DNA of 64,000 nt from Octopus bimaculoides (Eukaryota): the NCBI RefSeq assembly GCF_001194135.2, contig NC_069007.1, positions 22,069,924-22,133,923 on the forward strand, read 5' to 3'. Positions within the stretch are counted from its first letter, which is position 1. Every line of letters starts with the position of its first letter. The position numbers were made by a program, and so were the translations under genes. Positions 39,101 through 50,900 of this stretch are shown here, piece by piece. Under the pieces are notes generated by a model, which saw only the letters and a program-made list of their open reading frames with translations, made no database searches and was not told where the DNA came from.

Positions 39101-42100
39101 AAAGCCCATTTTCTCTTATACAGCATAATATTAATGTTTTTTTTTAATGTTTTTTTTTTTTTGTATTTTCCAGGCTCACATTGGAGATTTACTCTTAACA
39201 AAATTCACCAACTTCAAGAATTTCCACACAATGTTGTATACATGTGCTGTGGAGTTTGACTTCATGGAGGCCGAAGTGAGTGGCTGCTATCTTCTTACTT
39301 CTTCTTGTCTCTTATAAGGGCAGCAACCTGGCAGGGGAGATTCAGCATAATGCATAATGTGACAAAACTGGCCCTTTGAAATACAGGAACTACACAACAT
39401 TTTCGCCAGTTGAGTGGGCTGGGACAATGTGAAATAAAGTGTCTTGCTCAAGGACACAACACACTGCCAGATATTGAACTCATGACCCTAAGATGAATTG
39501 CTTTAATTCTTCTGTTGGTTTTGGTTAAATGCTTGTTCTCTTAGTATTTTTGTTGTGATCCTTGATTCATTCAATTAAGTCTTATTACTTTGAGGATCAT
39601 GAATTAGCAAAAGAGCAAGATTTTTGCTATGAAGTTTCAGTTACTTTATCATTCGGTCATGTGATGTTCAATAAGTCCTGCGATTGGATGCTGCTTCAAC
39701 AAACCCTATGACTAACATGGCTTAATTATTATTTGATAATTGTATTTTCTTTTAACACCTTTTTATTCCCAGACTCCAATACGTGTTTTAAAAACTCTTC
39801 TGGCTCCAGGAGTGCTTGTTGCCGTCCTTGCAATAATCATTTTAGTAAGTATCTCTTTGTCTATTTATTGATAGGTATCTCTATCTGTCTGTATTTCTCC
39901 ATATCTATCCATCTCTCTATCTGTCTCTCCTTATTTCTATTTATCTACCTAATTTTCTGCATGTCTATTTATATATCCATCTATCTATCTATTTGTCCAT
40001 CTGTCTGCCTGCCTGTCTATCTGTCCATTATTCTCTTTGTCCATCTATTTCTCTGTTTGCATGCCATTTAGAAAGGTCCTCATGTTGCAGTTTGTCCATG
40101 ACTGATGTAGAGGCTTCTTTGTTGGTTAGTGATGACTGAGGATTGATGACTGATGTGCAAGGTTGTTGTATTGCAGATCTATCCAACCCATGTTAATATG
40201 GCTAAAAGGCCACCATGTTGTTGTTGTTTCTGTTGTTGTTGTTGTTGTTGGTGGTGGTGGTAGTGTCAGGGATGGTGACAGAGACAGCAGTCGTCATCAC
40301 CACCACCACCACCACCACCACTACTTAATGGCTTACTGCTGTTTCGCACCAAATAATGTTGTCTTTTCTGTGAAACATTGCAGGTTGTTTATCAGGAATG
40401 GTTATCCTGGAAGAGGAAAAAGTCTGCAAAAGGAAAATCTGATGATATATTACGGTAAGTAATCCCAACTGAGAAGCAGTGACATAGCTAGAGTACGTTA
40501 CTTTCTGAGTTCAAATTCCCCCAAGGTCAACTTTGCCTTTCATCTTTTCAGGGGTCAATAAAATAAGGACCAGTTGAGGGAGGGGGGGTTGATGTAATTG
40601 ACGTACCCCGCTCCCCAGAATTGCTGGCCTTGTGCCAAAATTTGAAATCAATTAGTGTTGTTGTTCTTTATAATGTGATTAATCTTTTTGCTATGTTTTA
40701 TAAAATTTCAATGTTTTAAACTTTGTTTTTTTTTCTCTCTATTTTTCCTGTTTTCCTGAAATATTTCCAGAGATGATAAAAGCAAACCATATGCTGAGGT
40801 AAATAACTCTGCATTTATCACATGTTAGTTTTTTTGATTCTGCTACCACCACCACCACCACCACCACCACCACCTCCACCGCTACAATCACTGCCATCAT
40901 CACCGCTGCATCGAGAGATCACAGCTCTGACGCTAAGGACATGTGGTTAGAATGTGACAGGATGGAATCACAAGTCCAATTCTCCAAGCTGAGCCAAACG
41001 ACAGTAGGCCTAGGGGTAGACCAAGGGCGAGATGGTTGGATAATGTTCATAATCTCTGGTGGGGACAGTTGCTTATGATAGGACCCTAGAGTTTCTGTGT
41101 CTGAGAACTCTGTCCACACAACCAAGCCAGGTATTGTGAACAGAGAAAATGGATGGACAGAAATAAGATCATTCCCACACACACACAAACGCACTATTGT
41201 AGTCATCACCATTATTGGGGAATTTTTACATTTATATAATGCTTGGAACTAATTGGTACATATTTTACCGATCCCAAAAGAATGAAAGGCAGAGTCAACC
41301 TCGGCCGAATTTGAACTTAGAAGGTAAAGAGCCGGAGGAAGTGCCACTAAGCATTTTGTCCGTCATGCTTACGAATCAGCCAAGCACGCTACTTTAGAAT
41401 TCAAATAAAAAAAGAGAGTTGTGTCCCCTGCTCTATGAAATTTATGCAATGTTAAAACTTGCGATTTTGGGAGCAGATTTTAATCATTGCACGAACAGAT
41501 TTTTTATGCCCAAATAATTGTTTTAGAGTTAAATTATTTGTCAGTGAGATGACATATGGTACTCAAGTTCAAAAACATCCAAGTTCAGAGAGTCTGTATG
41601 ATTTAATGGTTTCATTAATGTTCGTTAATACTATCACTGTTTAAGAATTATAACTGTTATGGAACGAGTGTAACATGTAAACGCTGTTGTCAATGTAACG
41701 AACTTTGTAAAAATCCCAAACATATCAGAAATCAATTTTCCTCTTTCAATCGTCTCAATGCTTAATAATTTTGTTTTCCTATCTGTTTCTTTTTCTTCTT
41801 CTCCCATCAGTTGGTCTACCATATTTTCCAGCTGTTAGCATTTACAGCTATGGCTGTACTGATAATGAGGTTGAAGCTTTTCTGGACACCACACCTGTGT
41901 CTTATGACTTCACTGTTAGCCTACAGACAGGTAAAGCTCTTGTTTTTTTTTTTGTTTTTCTGTTTTTCCACTGACAGTCTGATGAGGTGAGGTGCTGTCC
42001 TCACTACATCACCAAACTGTAATTTCAGTCCTGTTTACTTACAGACAAGTAGATTACTGCCATTTAATCTCAAGTCACCTGTGGTGCTGCCGCCACATTA

Positions 42101-45100
42101 CCCACAAACATCTGAGATATTTCCATATGGAATAAAGACACCATCATGGATCAACTTGCTTGTTTGCTTCATGCTCTTGCTTGATGGAACTGGGGGTCAT
42201 CCCAGGTTAATGGTCTCAGAGGCGGCGGTGTGCGTAGAGCTGACCATAGAGTTGATGGAGAGCACCGGTGGGCCTGATTGACACTACGCATGAAAAATGA
42301 TGGATCAACAGAGAACTAAATTAATGTTGATGACAATGATAGACTTACTGACATCTGAGGAACTGTCATGTGACACACGGCGCTTTAAGTGTTATGACGT
42401 GACTGTCTGACATCTGAGGTACCATCAGGTGATCCACACACTCCTTAAGTATTGTAATATGGTCCACAAATATCTAAGGTACCATTTTGTGATACTGAAG
42501 TAACTGACATACTGTTATAGCCTCAAGATACCTGTTTTACTATCTGGTGACCCGAGAGGGCTATCTTTTGACCCACAGCTATGAATCGTCATCTTGTGAA
42601 CTATAAATTATCTCAGGTTTTGTGACAAACAGATAACTCAGTTATTTTGAACATAGAGGCATTTGAAACACTGTTTTGGGGCCTGTAGCTGATGTGTACT
42701 CTGTTGTGACGTACAGTTATCTGAGGTACTGTACTGTTTTGTACCATTCAAATTTCTGAGGTACTGACTTGTATCCTGAAGCTACCCAAGGCACCTTCTT
42801 AAAAATACTACCTTTAAAATATGGAAATATTTTGTGTTAGATTAAACATCACAGAACTTTAACTAACTTCATTATAACTTTTTTTTATGACCCCTGTTTT
42901 AGCTGTTTGGATGGGTTGGCAACAAAGAACGTCACTTTGCTCTGCTGGCCCTCTACTTAGCTGGAACAATGTATCAGGGTTACAAGAATATCAGTCATCA
43001 GCTTAGCATTGTCGGTGAATTCAGCAACGTCCCCCTGGAGCAACTGGTCGAATGGATTGTGTACAACACTGATAAGAGTAAGTCTCTCTCTCTCTCTTTC
43101 TCTCTTGAATTGATCAAAGTGTCTCTCACTACTTCTCTCTTTCCTCTTCTGTCCCTTCTTCTCTCTACTCCAATCGCATAAGTTAACTCCTTTCTCTGGC
43201 TATATGTGTGTATAGAGGAAGGACATCACCAGTTAACAAATGATCTTCTCTCTCTTATGATACTCCTGTCATCATACAATGAGTGACTGCTGCTAATTTG
43301 TGGCTCACTGCAAACAAACGACAGGGCATGGCACTGCCAACCAGTGACTTATTTGGTCTGTGTTTAACTCTTTAGCATTTAAACTAGCCAGATCCAACCT
43401 GAATGTGTTACCTGTTTTATGTTCAAACTGGCCAGATTTCGCCTCTCACACCTACCCTACAATCTCATTCTAAATATAAACAATTGCATTCATTGAAATT
43501 TTCTTTGCTACAAGATGATGTGTAATTAATTCAAAACAATATGAATAAATGAGAATTACATTTGACAGAATAAATTGAATGCTAAAGAGTTAAACCCTGC
43601 GCTGGTTGTAGAAATTCTTAGATTCTGTGATGAAGTTGTCATTTGGTAGATCCTGTGTATCTTACTCTACATATATAAACAACTTTGGTCTTCAAACATA
43701 TTTGTGAACTCTGTATCTCAACTTTAACCAAATTTGTCTGCTTCCTCTCCCAGATGCTGTGTTTGCTGGTGCCATGCCAACAATGGCAACGGTAAAGCTT
43801 TGCACAAAAAGACCCATAGTGAATCATCCACATTATGAAGATGTTGGTCTAAGGTAAGTGGACAGTCTATTCCATTATGTGTTTTTACATGTGTGTTCCA
43901 GGATTCATGTTTAACACCATCTGTTCCACCATCACCCTCATCATTGTTTAACATCCATGTTTCCATGCTGGCATGGATTGGATGGTTTTGACAGGAGCTG
44001 TTCAGACTCTAATTGTGTGTTGTGGTATGGCTTCTGTAGTCGGATGCCCTTCCTAACACCAACCCCTTTACAGAAAGTGGACTGGCTGCTTTTTACGTGC
44101 CTCCAGTACGGGTGTGTTCATGCAGCACCAGCACGAGTGCCTTTCATGTGGCAGTGGCACCTGCAAAGGGCAGCAATTTTACTTAGCTTGATGTATCTTC
44201 AGTAAAAGTACAGTAAAATCACCACAACTCCTGGTCCCTTGTCATTTCCTCAGTGAGGCCCAGCATCCGAAGATCTTTTCTCACCACTTCATCCCACATC
44301 TTCTTGGGTCTACCCTTGACACAGGTTCCCTCCACAATTAGAGCTTGGCACTTCATGATGCAGCTGTCCCTATCCATAGGCATTTACTGACCAAAGACAA
44401 AAATAAAACTTTAATTTTATTACACGGTTTTATATTTGAACGTCATTGATTGGTTTATATCTTACATTATCTCACCGTTACATGTTTAATTGCAGGGAAC
44501 GGACAATGAAAGTTTATTCAATGTACAGTCGGAAACCGGTGAAGGATGTGAAAAAGAACCTGGTTGATTTACATGTGGACTATGCTATCTTGGAGGGGTC
44601 ATGGTGCCGAAAACGGTCAAGGTAGGAAATTCTTCTGATTCACTCCAACTATAGACAACAATAACAATTACAACAAAATTATACATCAAAGTATTAAGGC
44701 AGTGAGAATGTGTATGGAGAGAGAAAGAGAGAGGGGGGGAGAGTGAGAAATGATCCTGCCCAAAGTTATTTTTCATTTATCAAACCCAACTTCCTCTTCT
44801 ATTAATCCTTTAGCATTCAGATTACTCTGTCAAATGTAATGCTTAATTATTCATCTTATCTATAAAATTAATCCTGTATTGTCTTGCAGGGCCATCTATC
44901 TGAAGGGATTTGTGATTTGTCTGCCTTCCCACTTACTAAGACTTTGGTTTTTGCTAGATTGATTCAAAGGCCCTTCAATTCTAGACCTTGCTTCTGCACC
45001 TGAAACTTCTCCTCTACTTCTGATAGTGACTCAGCTATTAGAGCAAGATCATCAGCATAGAGGAGCTCCCAGGGGCATCCTGTTTTGAATTCCTCTGTTA

Positions 45101-45518
45101 TTGCTTGGAGGACTATGATGAATAAGAGAGGGCTGAGGACTGATCCTTGGTGGAGCCCTACTTCTACTTAGAATTCTTCACTATACTTGTTGCCAAGGTA
45201 GAGTTGGGGATAGTGCACCAACAATGTATACTAACACATGCATGCATAATAATAATAGTTTCATATGTTGAGAAATACTTCAAACATATTTGTCAGGCAC
45301 AACCCGCACCAGTTTTTGTTCTTGTTTTCAACTATAAACGTTTTATTTTCATTCTTTTCTCTTCCAGAGAGGGCTGCGCCATGCCAGAAATCTGGGATTT
45401 GAGTGACAAAGTGAACCAAAACAAGAAACCAGTTTGTTTGACACTAAATGAGAATGCCGAACCCTACTTCAAGACGGTCTATCGAAATGAAGTTTACACA
45501 GTGCTGAAAGTGCAATGA
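20219..45518 (+). CDS. DPY19: DPY19-family protein C-mannosyltransferase (DPY19L1/dpy-19-like); 652 aa visible, about 700 aa with the missing exon
   Basis: Exons: 20219-20351, 28601-28625, 30108-30195, [missing], 31494-31614, 32647-32740, 33544-33601, 34095-34186, 35020-35092, 35630-35734, 36143-36229, 37292-37348, 38172-38252, 39174-39275, 39773-39844, 40384-40454, 40771-40798, 41811-41930, 42903-43077, 43754-43853, 44496-44621, 45368-45518. All GT-AG and phase-compatible. Family motifs [73 protein letters not shown]. Confidence 0.96.
25900..26388. repeat. Long (CT)-rich polypyrimidine tract, followed by a gap and a (GGT)n/(GAT)n tract
   Basis: Visible directly; explains the spurious S/L- and E/R-rich ORFs at 25642-26955. 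Confidence 0.9.
27222..27372 (-). mobile_element. tRNA-headed SINE, family A (copies also near 1543-1625, 10566-10640, 16860-16990 -, 23665-23810 -, 29480-29650, 33320-33410, 46160-46310, 53839-53985, 60488-60632)
   Basis: Reverse complement of ggctgtgtggtaagaagtttgcttcccaaccacatggttctgggttcagtcccac…ttgggcaagtgtcttctactatagcc…gtagacagaaactgaaagaagccc; B-box-like ggttcagtccc. Confidence 0.8.
27473..27699 (-). mobile_element. piggyBac-like MITE copy, opposite orientation to 43364-43593
   Basis: Starts ccctttagtgttc, ends aatgctaaaggg-ttaa; interior is the reverse complement of the 43368-43589 body. Confidence 0.75.
28311..28356. repeat. Perfect 21-bp inverted repeat with a 4-nt spacer
   Basis: ctgacaccacctaaaaagcac (28311-31), acag, gtgctttttaggtggtgtcag (28336-56); the arms are exact reverse complements. 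Confidence 0.95.
28977..29013 (-). repeat. Interstitial telomere-type repeat (TTAGGG)6
   Basis: Six perfect CCTAAC units on the + strand in DPY19 intron 2. Confidence 0.9.
30245..30782. other. Assembly gap, probably hiding DPY19 exon 4. Other gaps: 4925-5250, 6760-7216, 8807-9279, 21548-21640, 26389-26813, 31717-32024, 45796-45880, 52100-52210, 56496-56966, 61906-61915
   Basis: 538 N between the exons ending RTEM and starting ILLAVGY; the conserved GLYYSY…FNLYPE segment is absent from the resolved sequence. Confidence 0.85.
34558..34793. repeat. 62-bp minisatellite, about 3.8 copies, in a DPY19 intron
   Basis: Unit ttctgactgggtacactatgccagaaatgtaaccattgtaatatcagaggtacctcagtcaa starting at 34558, 34620, 34682 and 34744. 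Confidence 0.92.
36690..36945 (-). mobile_element. tRNA-derived SINE with CpGs retained
   Basis: Reverse complement has caatggcccagtggttagtgcagtggactcgcggtcatagggtcgcagtttcgattccc, a tRNA-like A/B-box head. Confidence 0.65.
43364..43593 (+). mobile_element. Best-preserved piggyBac-like MITE (about 220 bp; copies also near 22735-22890, 35356-35530, 44802-44880 -, 53362-53568, 57561-57758, 61060-61190, 19365-19530 -)
   Basis: TTAA-CTCTTTAGCATT…AATGCTAAAGAG-TTAA: perfect 12-bp TIR with TTAA on both sides. Other copies end CCCT…AGGG, the usual piggyBac termini. No coding capacity. Confidence 0.8.
44967..45215 (-). mobile_element. RTE-clade LINE reverse transcriptase fragment, antisense in the last DPY19 intron
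   Basis: Minus strand reads [53 protein letters not shown] (QG.VLSPLLF and YADD motifs); a stop just upstream marks it as a remnant. Absent from the ORF track. Confidence 0.9.
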
Positions 45519-45595
45519 CACCCCTCCACCCTCCCTCATCCCCTACACACTAATGAATCTGTCTGAGTTTGAACCTTAAACATGGGTGGTTAGGA

Positions 45596-45601
45596 AATAA
45601 A
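45596..45601 (+). terminator. Candidate DPY19 polyadenylation signal (second candidate 46066-46071)
   Basis: AATAAA about 78 nt after the TGA. Confidence 0.35.
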
Positions 45602-47579
45602 ACATTCCTGTGGAGAGAAGACCCTCCTCCTTGCCCCTGCCCCCCTGCCATTTTCTCTTCTTTTTTTTTTTACTGTTAATTTTCTCTTTAGATTTAAAAC
45701 AGAATGGAGAGTCTGTTCTCATCAGCATTTCATTACTAAATGCATTTCAACAACATACTTTTATAAATATTATCATATAAACACACACACACACANNNNN
45801 NNNNNNNNNNNNNNNNNNNNNNNNNNNNNNNNNNNNNNNNNNNNNNNNNNNNNNNNNNNNNNNNNNNNNNNNNNNNNNNNATATATATTAATATATGCTA
45901 TGGTATATGTATGCGTGTGTATGTATTTATATGTATGTGTAAATATATATATATATATATATATATACATACATACTCATACATGTGTGTGTGTGTATAT
46001 ATATATATCTATACATACACACATATACATGATTTCCATTAAGCATTTAATGTAAGGTATATTTGAATAAATGACATAGTACCATTGTAATCTTAACGAG
46101 CCTTTTGTGTTATTCATTTAATCTGAAAAATCAAACAGCCATGTCTGTGCCTACTTTGGCATGGCTGTTTGGTAAAGAGGTTTGCTTCTCAACCATGTGG
46201 TCTCAGGTTCAACCCCATTGCATGACACCTTGGGCAACTGTCTTCTACTATAGCCCTGGGCTGACTGATGTCTCGTAAGGTAATTTTCTAGACAGAAACT
46301 AAAAGAAATTTGTTGTCTATATCATCATCATCATTTAATGTTCCTTTCCTCATATTGGCATGGATTGGATGGTTGAACAGAAATCAAAAAGCCAGAGGAC
46401 TATGCCAAGCTCCAGTTTCTGCTTTGGCAGGATGTCCTTCCTAATGCCAGCCACTTCATGGAGTGTACTGAGTGCTTTTTTCATGGTCCCAGCACTAGTG
46501 AGGTCACCAAACACTGGCAAGGCCCCTCAACTGTGTGGAGTATAGTGTTGAGGGGTATGAAAGTATGCTAGAGAGACAGGAATGTATAAACACCAATGCA
46601 GTGCTACATGAAAGCACCAATATGGTGCCATGTAAAAGTGCCAGTGTGGTGCCGCATAAAAAGCACCCAGCACACTCTTGAAAGTGGCTGGGGTTAGGAA
46701 GGGCGTCCATCCATAAAAGCCATACCAAATCAGACTGGAACCTGGTGCGGCTTACCAGCTCTGGTCAAACTGTCCAACCCATGCTAGCATGGACAAAGGA
46801 CGTTAAATGATGATGAACAAGATTCTTGCTGAAGAGGTGACTATATGACTTTTTCATCTAAAGAGAGAGAGAGATGTGATGTCAAGGTTCAAGGGGAATA
46901 TGAGAGAGAGAGAGAGAAAAAGGATTGAGGACCACCAGAAACAGTGAGTCGGTAAGTGTGCTAGAATTTAAAAGAGGGGATTAGAGATGGAGATTGAGTT
47001 GGATGTAATGGTGATCAGTTTGGGAAAGGGGAAGTGAAAGAAAGGGAATAAGAGTGGATCAGGGAGGAGAAGGAGGTGATAGGGGACAGCAAGAGAGTAC
47101 TGAAGTTGTTTCATTCGAGTGCTCCAGCATGGCCGTAGTCTAATAACTGAAACAAAAAAAAAAGATAGACATAAAACGAATTTTGAAAGAAGCGTATGGA
47201 AAACTAGTTCTTAGACATGAAATGTCCATGTAAGTCCATCAGATAGTAATGAAAGGGGTCCATGGGTAAAAATGGTTGAGAAATATTGTCTGAGACAAAA
47301 CAAGAAGGTAACACTGAGGATTTCATAGCCAATAAACATATTTGAGTAGTTTTTATAGGTAGACCTTATATCAATGATGTAGAGTGGGCAGGCCACAGGT
47401 GAGATTGCCCTCAGCGCAAATTATAAAAAAAATCTATTATCTTTTTTTTATTCTTCCATAATGTAAGCTTTTGCAAAAGAAAGTGAGTGGAGGGGGGGGG
47501 TAAAAAAACATGACTGCAATACCAAATGTTTCAATTGGTCACACACCACAAGGTTCTGTTGAAGCTACGGGAACAAGCC

Positions 47580-47725
47580 AACTCTTGCGCAGCATTTCGG
47601 CAAAAGAGAGATCGACTAAATAAGTACCACGTTTAAAAAAAAATAATAAATACTGGGGTCGATTCGTACGAGTAAAACCCTTCACGGCGGTGCCCCAGCA
47701 TAGCCGCAATTCAACGCCTGAAACA
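47580..47725 (-). mobile_element. Family B SINE copy just upstream of the DKC1 promoter, CpGs retained
   Basis: …actggggtcgattcgtacgagtaaaacccttcacggcggtgccccagcatagccgc… matches family B, with CG where other copies show TG/CA. Confidence 0.7.
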
Positions 47726-47860
47726 AACCATGATAAAAAGATGAGTATCATATCCGATGCACCAATATCAGGGAAATATGTCCAGTATTTAACCACCGGA
47801 CAGAAATGACAACGTTTAACAGGCAAAGGGTTCAAGCTAACGGTAATAACGTTGTTTATA

Positions 47861-47948
47861 GACCAATTGGCCAATGAACAGCGCCGTTACAAGGCGGTTA
47901 GGTCGTGAAGCCAAGCTATTAAATACCACGTGGACTACACAAGGCGTC
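47861..47948 (+). promoter_or_regulatory. DKC1 proximal promoter/5'UTR with CCAAT cluster and canonical E-box
   Basis: CCAATTGGCCAAT at 47863-47875 (three CCAAT boxes over both strands); TATTAAATA at 47917-25; CCACGTGG at 47926-33, 16 nt before the ATG; second CACGTG at 48189-94 in intron 1. Confidence 0.6.
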
Positions 47949-50900
47949 ATGTCTTCACCCACGAAGAGTAAGTGAATTCTGCCGGCATCGCTTCCATTTA
48001 AATGTTTTCCTTCTTAATATAAATACTGGTTCTTTGTTAAATTAAGGCAACTATGATCGAATGTCTGTTTCTGATATGTTCATTACATTCCGATTGTTTA
48101 TTTCTACAGAGCAGTGCGCTAATTTATATATATATGGTAGTACACACGCACACACATGAAATGTACATTTGTATACACAATTTATCTCCACGTGCTCACA
48201 TTTCTTATTTCCCATACGCAGACAGGCGTTATTATTTTAATAATTAGTGAACTGTAGTGCTAAAGGCATTTACTAATTTATAATTTTTGTGATATTAGAT
48301 ATATTTAGGCTTGTTTGTGTTACATTTAAGTATATACATATACACACGGGTACACATTATATACACGCCTTGATCACTTACTTTTCGGCGTGGATTTTTT
48401 TTTGTCTCGTTTTGGTTTTAAAATTACTAAAAAAAAAATTTATTATTGTTTGAATGATTATATAAATAATTGTCAATGTTTTGAAAAAGAAGGTATCTTA
48501 GATGATATACAAAATCATTTAATAAGGATTAGCAAAAATGAAAAGATTTAAAGCTATGTAGATGTTTGAAGATTTTCGCACCACCTGGGACAGGCAGGAG
48601 GTGAAATACATATAAAATTTCGGTCAAAATTTCTATGAAGTATGTGTTTAATTAAGTAACTTGAAATTTCATGATGTAATTAACAAGTAGTGCTTTTTTT
48701 TAAAGGTTTCCTTTACTTTTCCCTCTTTTTGCATGACCTATTATATTGTATTTATCCTCACTCCACAGCGCTAATTACATTCTGTATCAGCCAGAGTATC
48801 TAGAGTGTAACAGTGAGTTGTCACTACAGGGGTCCCAGCCACCGAACGCATTAATAAAATAACATCTTATTTGATTATCGCAGTGTGTAGGGGTATTTTT
48901 GCATTTATTGTTTTATGCAATGTGATCCCCCACTGTCCGTGGAAAAAGTGTCTTGCATGTAATCTGTCCGTGGTGCCAAAGAGATTGGGGACCGCTACTC
49001 TAATACACCTATCAACGAAAACAACGTTCTGTTAGTTTTGTAATAGTTGTTGATTTTGTGTAATATTAACCTGAAGCGGGTGGGGTCGACTTGGTTATCC
49101 ACACCTCTTTTAACGTTGGGCATCGGCATTCGTATCTCCACACACCTGCAGAAAGGAAGACTACGTGATCGCAAAGAAAAACAGTTAAGTTTTTCTCAGT
49201 AATAACCACTTTTTATCGATTTTTATAGATTCGAAAATTACAGACCCAAAACTCCGTGTAGTTTAAAAAAAAAAAGGCGGCTAAACTTCGATAAATAAAT
49301 TCATGATATATCTATATGTCCTACATGGATGGTACCTAGTCAGGGTCACAGCGATACTTTACTGGTTCTGGTTACCTAAGATTCCAACAAGAATTGTTGT
49401 AATGAGCCAACAAATGCCTCTACGTAGTCGCACACCCTGCTAGATATAGCAGCCAAAGTACCTGTAAATCACCTTACCCTCTTAAATATGGGAAAGGCAT
49501 TGGATTATGTTAGTCATACAAACCTTTAAAGGATAGGGATGTGACAGTTGGAATTATAAGTTTGCTCGATCAGGGTTGATCCTGGACCTAAGTTTTAAGG
49601 GAGTCACTATGAGGTTAATATGTCCTTAAGAAAAGGACATTGGGTAATGTAGTCATTCGTACCTCTCAAAAGTCAGGATAGTCACGAATGGAAGAGTTTT
49701 TGTCATAGGTCTGCTTACATAAGATGTTGTTTAAAGGTAAAATAACATTGAGGAAATGCAGTGAATTCGTTATTGCGATGTTTGCCCGTGGTTAGAACTA
49801 AATTATTGATGTCATTCTGCCAATCTGTGCTAAACATATGGACTTGTTGATGCAACAAAGGATAACAGTGTCTTTGACCTCGTTTCTGTCTTTTCGTCGT
49901 CTGTTTGACGAAAGTATATTACTGGAATTGGGGTCTTACATTATCCATGTTGTGTTTAACCCCTGGTCAGCTTTCATCTAGCAAACCTATGATTAAAAGC
50001 AGGGCCGGATTAAGACCCATACAGCACAAAGATCTTGGTGTCCCTATATGTAATTCAAACTATAAACAGTAATAAATCATAAAATACGTTTAATTTTCGA
50101 AATGAAACAAAGCTAAGAGTAAGACGACAATTATGTTTATTTTTGTATATTTCCATTTCGTTTATGTTTGTAAAGATTTCTCCCCTTTTTGTTTTTTTTT
50201 TTATTGCAATGTCTTTGACCATCTTCACTATAACATCATGAACACTTCAAAATTATTTTTCTTCTTGCAGGTGACGAAAAACTAAAGAAAGCCAAAATGA
50301 ATATTGCTGTAAATATAATTTTTTTTTTTTTAATTATTGTTGCTAAGGTGGTGAGCTAGCAGAATCGTTAGCATCATTTTGTCAGTCTTCACGTTCTAAG
50401 TGTACAAATTCCGCCAAGGCCAACTTTACCTTTCATCCTTTTGGGATCAATAAAATAAGTACCAGTTGAACACTGGGGTTGATGTTGCCGGCCAGATCTG
50501 GATGATGATACATATATATTTGTGTGTGTTTGTAGAATGATTGTCACAGTCATACAGTGTCATTCACTTCCAATATTCCATAAGAACACATCTGGTCATG
50601 GGGAAATATTACCTTGTTTGGCAACAGGTGAGGGCTGACAATAGGAAGGGCATCTGGCAGTAGAAAAATCTGCATCAGTAGACTCCATCTGATCCATGCA
50701 AGCATTGGAAAGTGGACATTAAAAACAGTGATGGTCTACTGGAACACATCCACCAACCCAGATCATGCAAAAAAAAAATGGTGATATAAACAGTTTGCCA
50801 AGCTTGTATTTGTTTAAAGAGGGAAGCTTGCATTTTCCCATTTTCCTGTTTCTCCCCCACTGCACATTTTCTTTCTTGTTTTACTTTCTCTGTATGTGTG

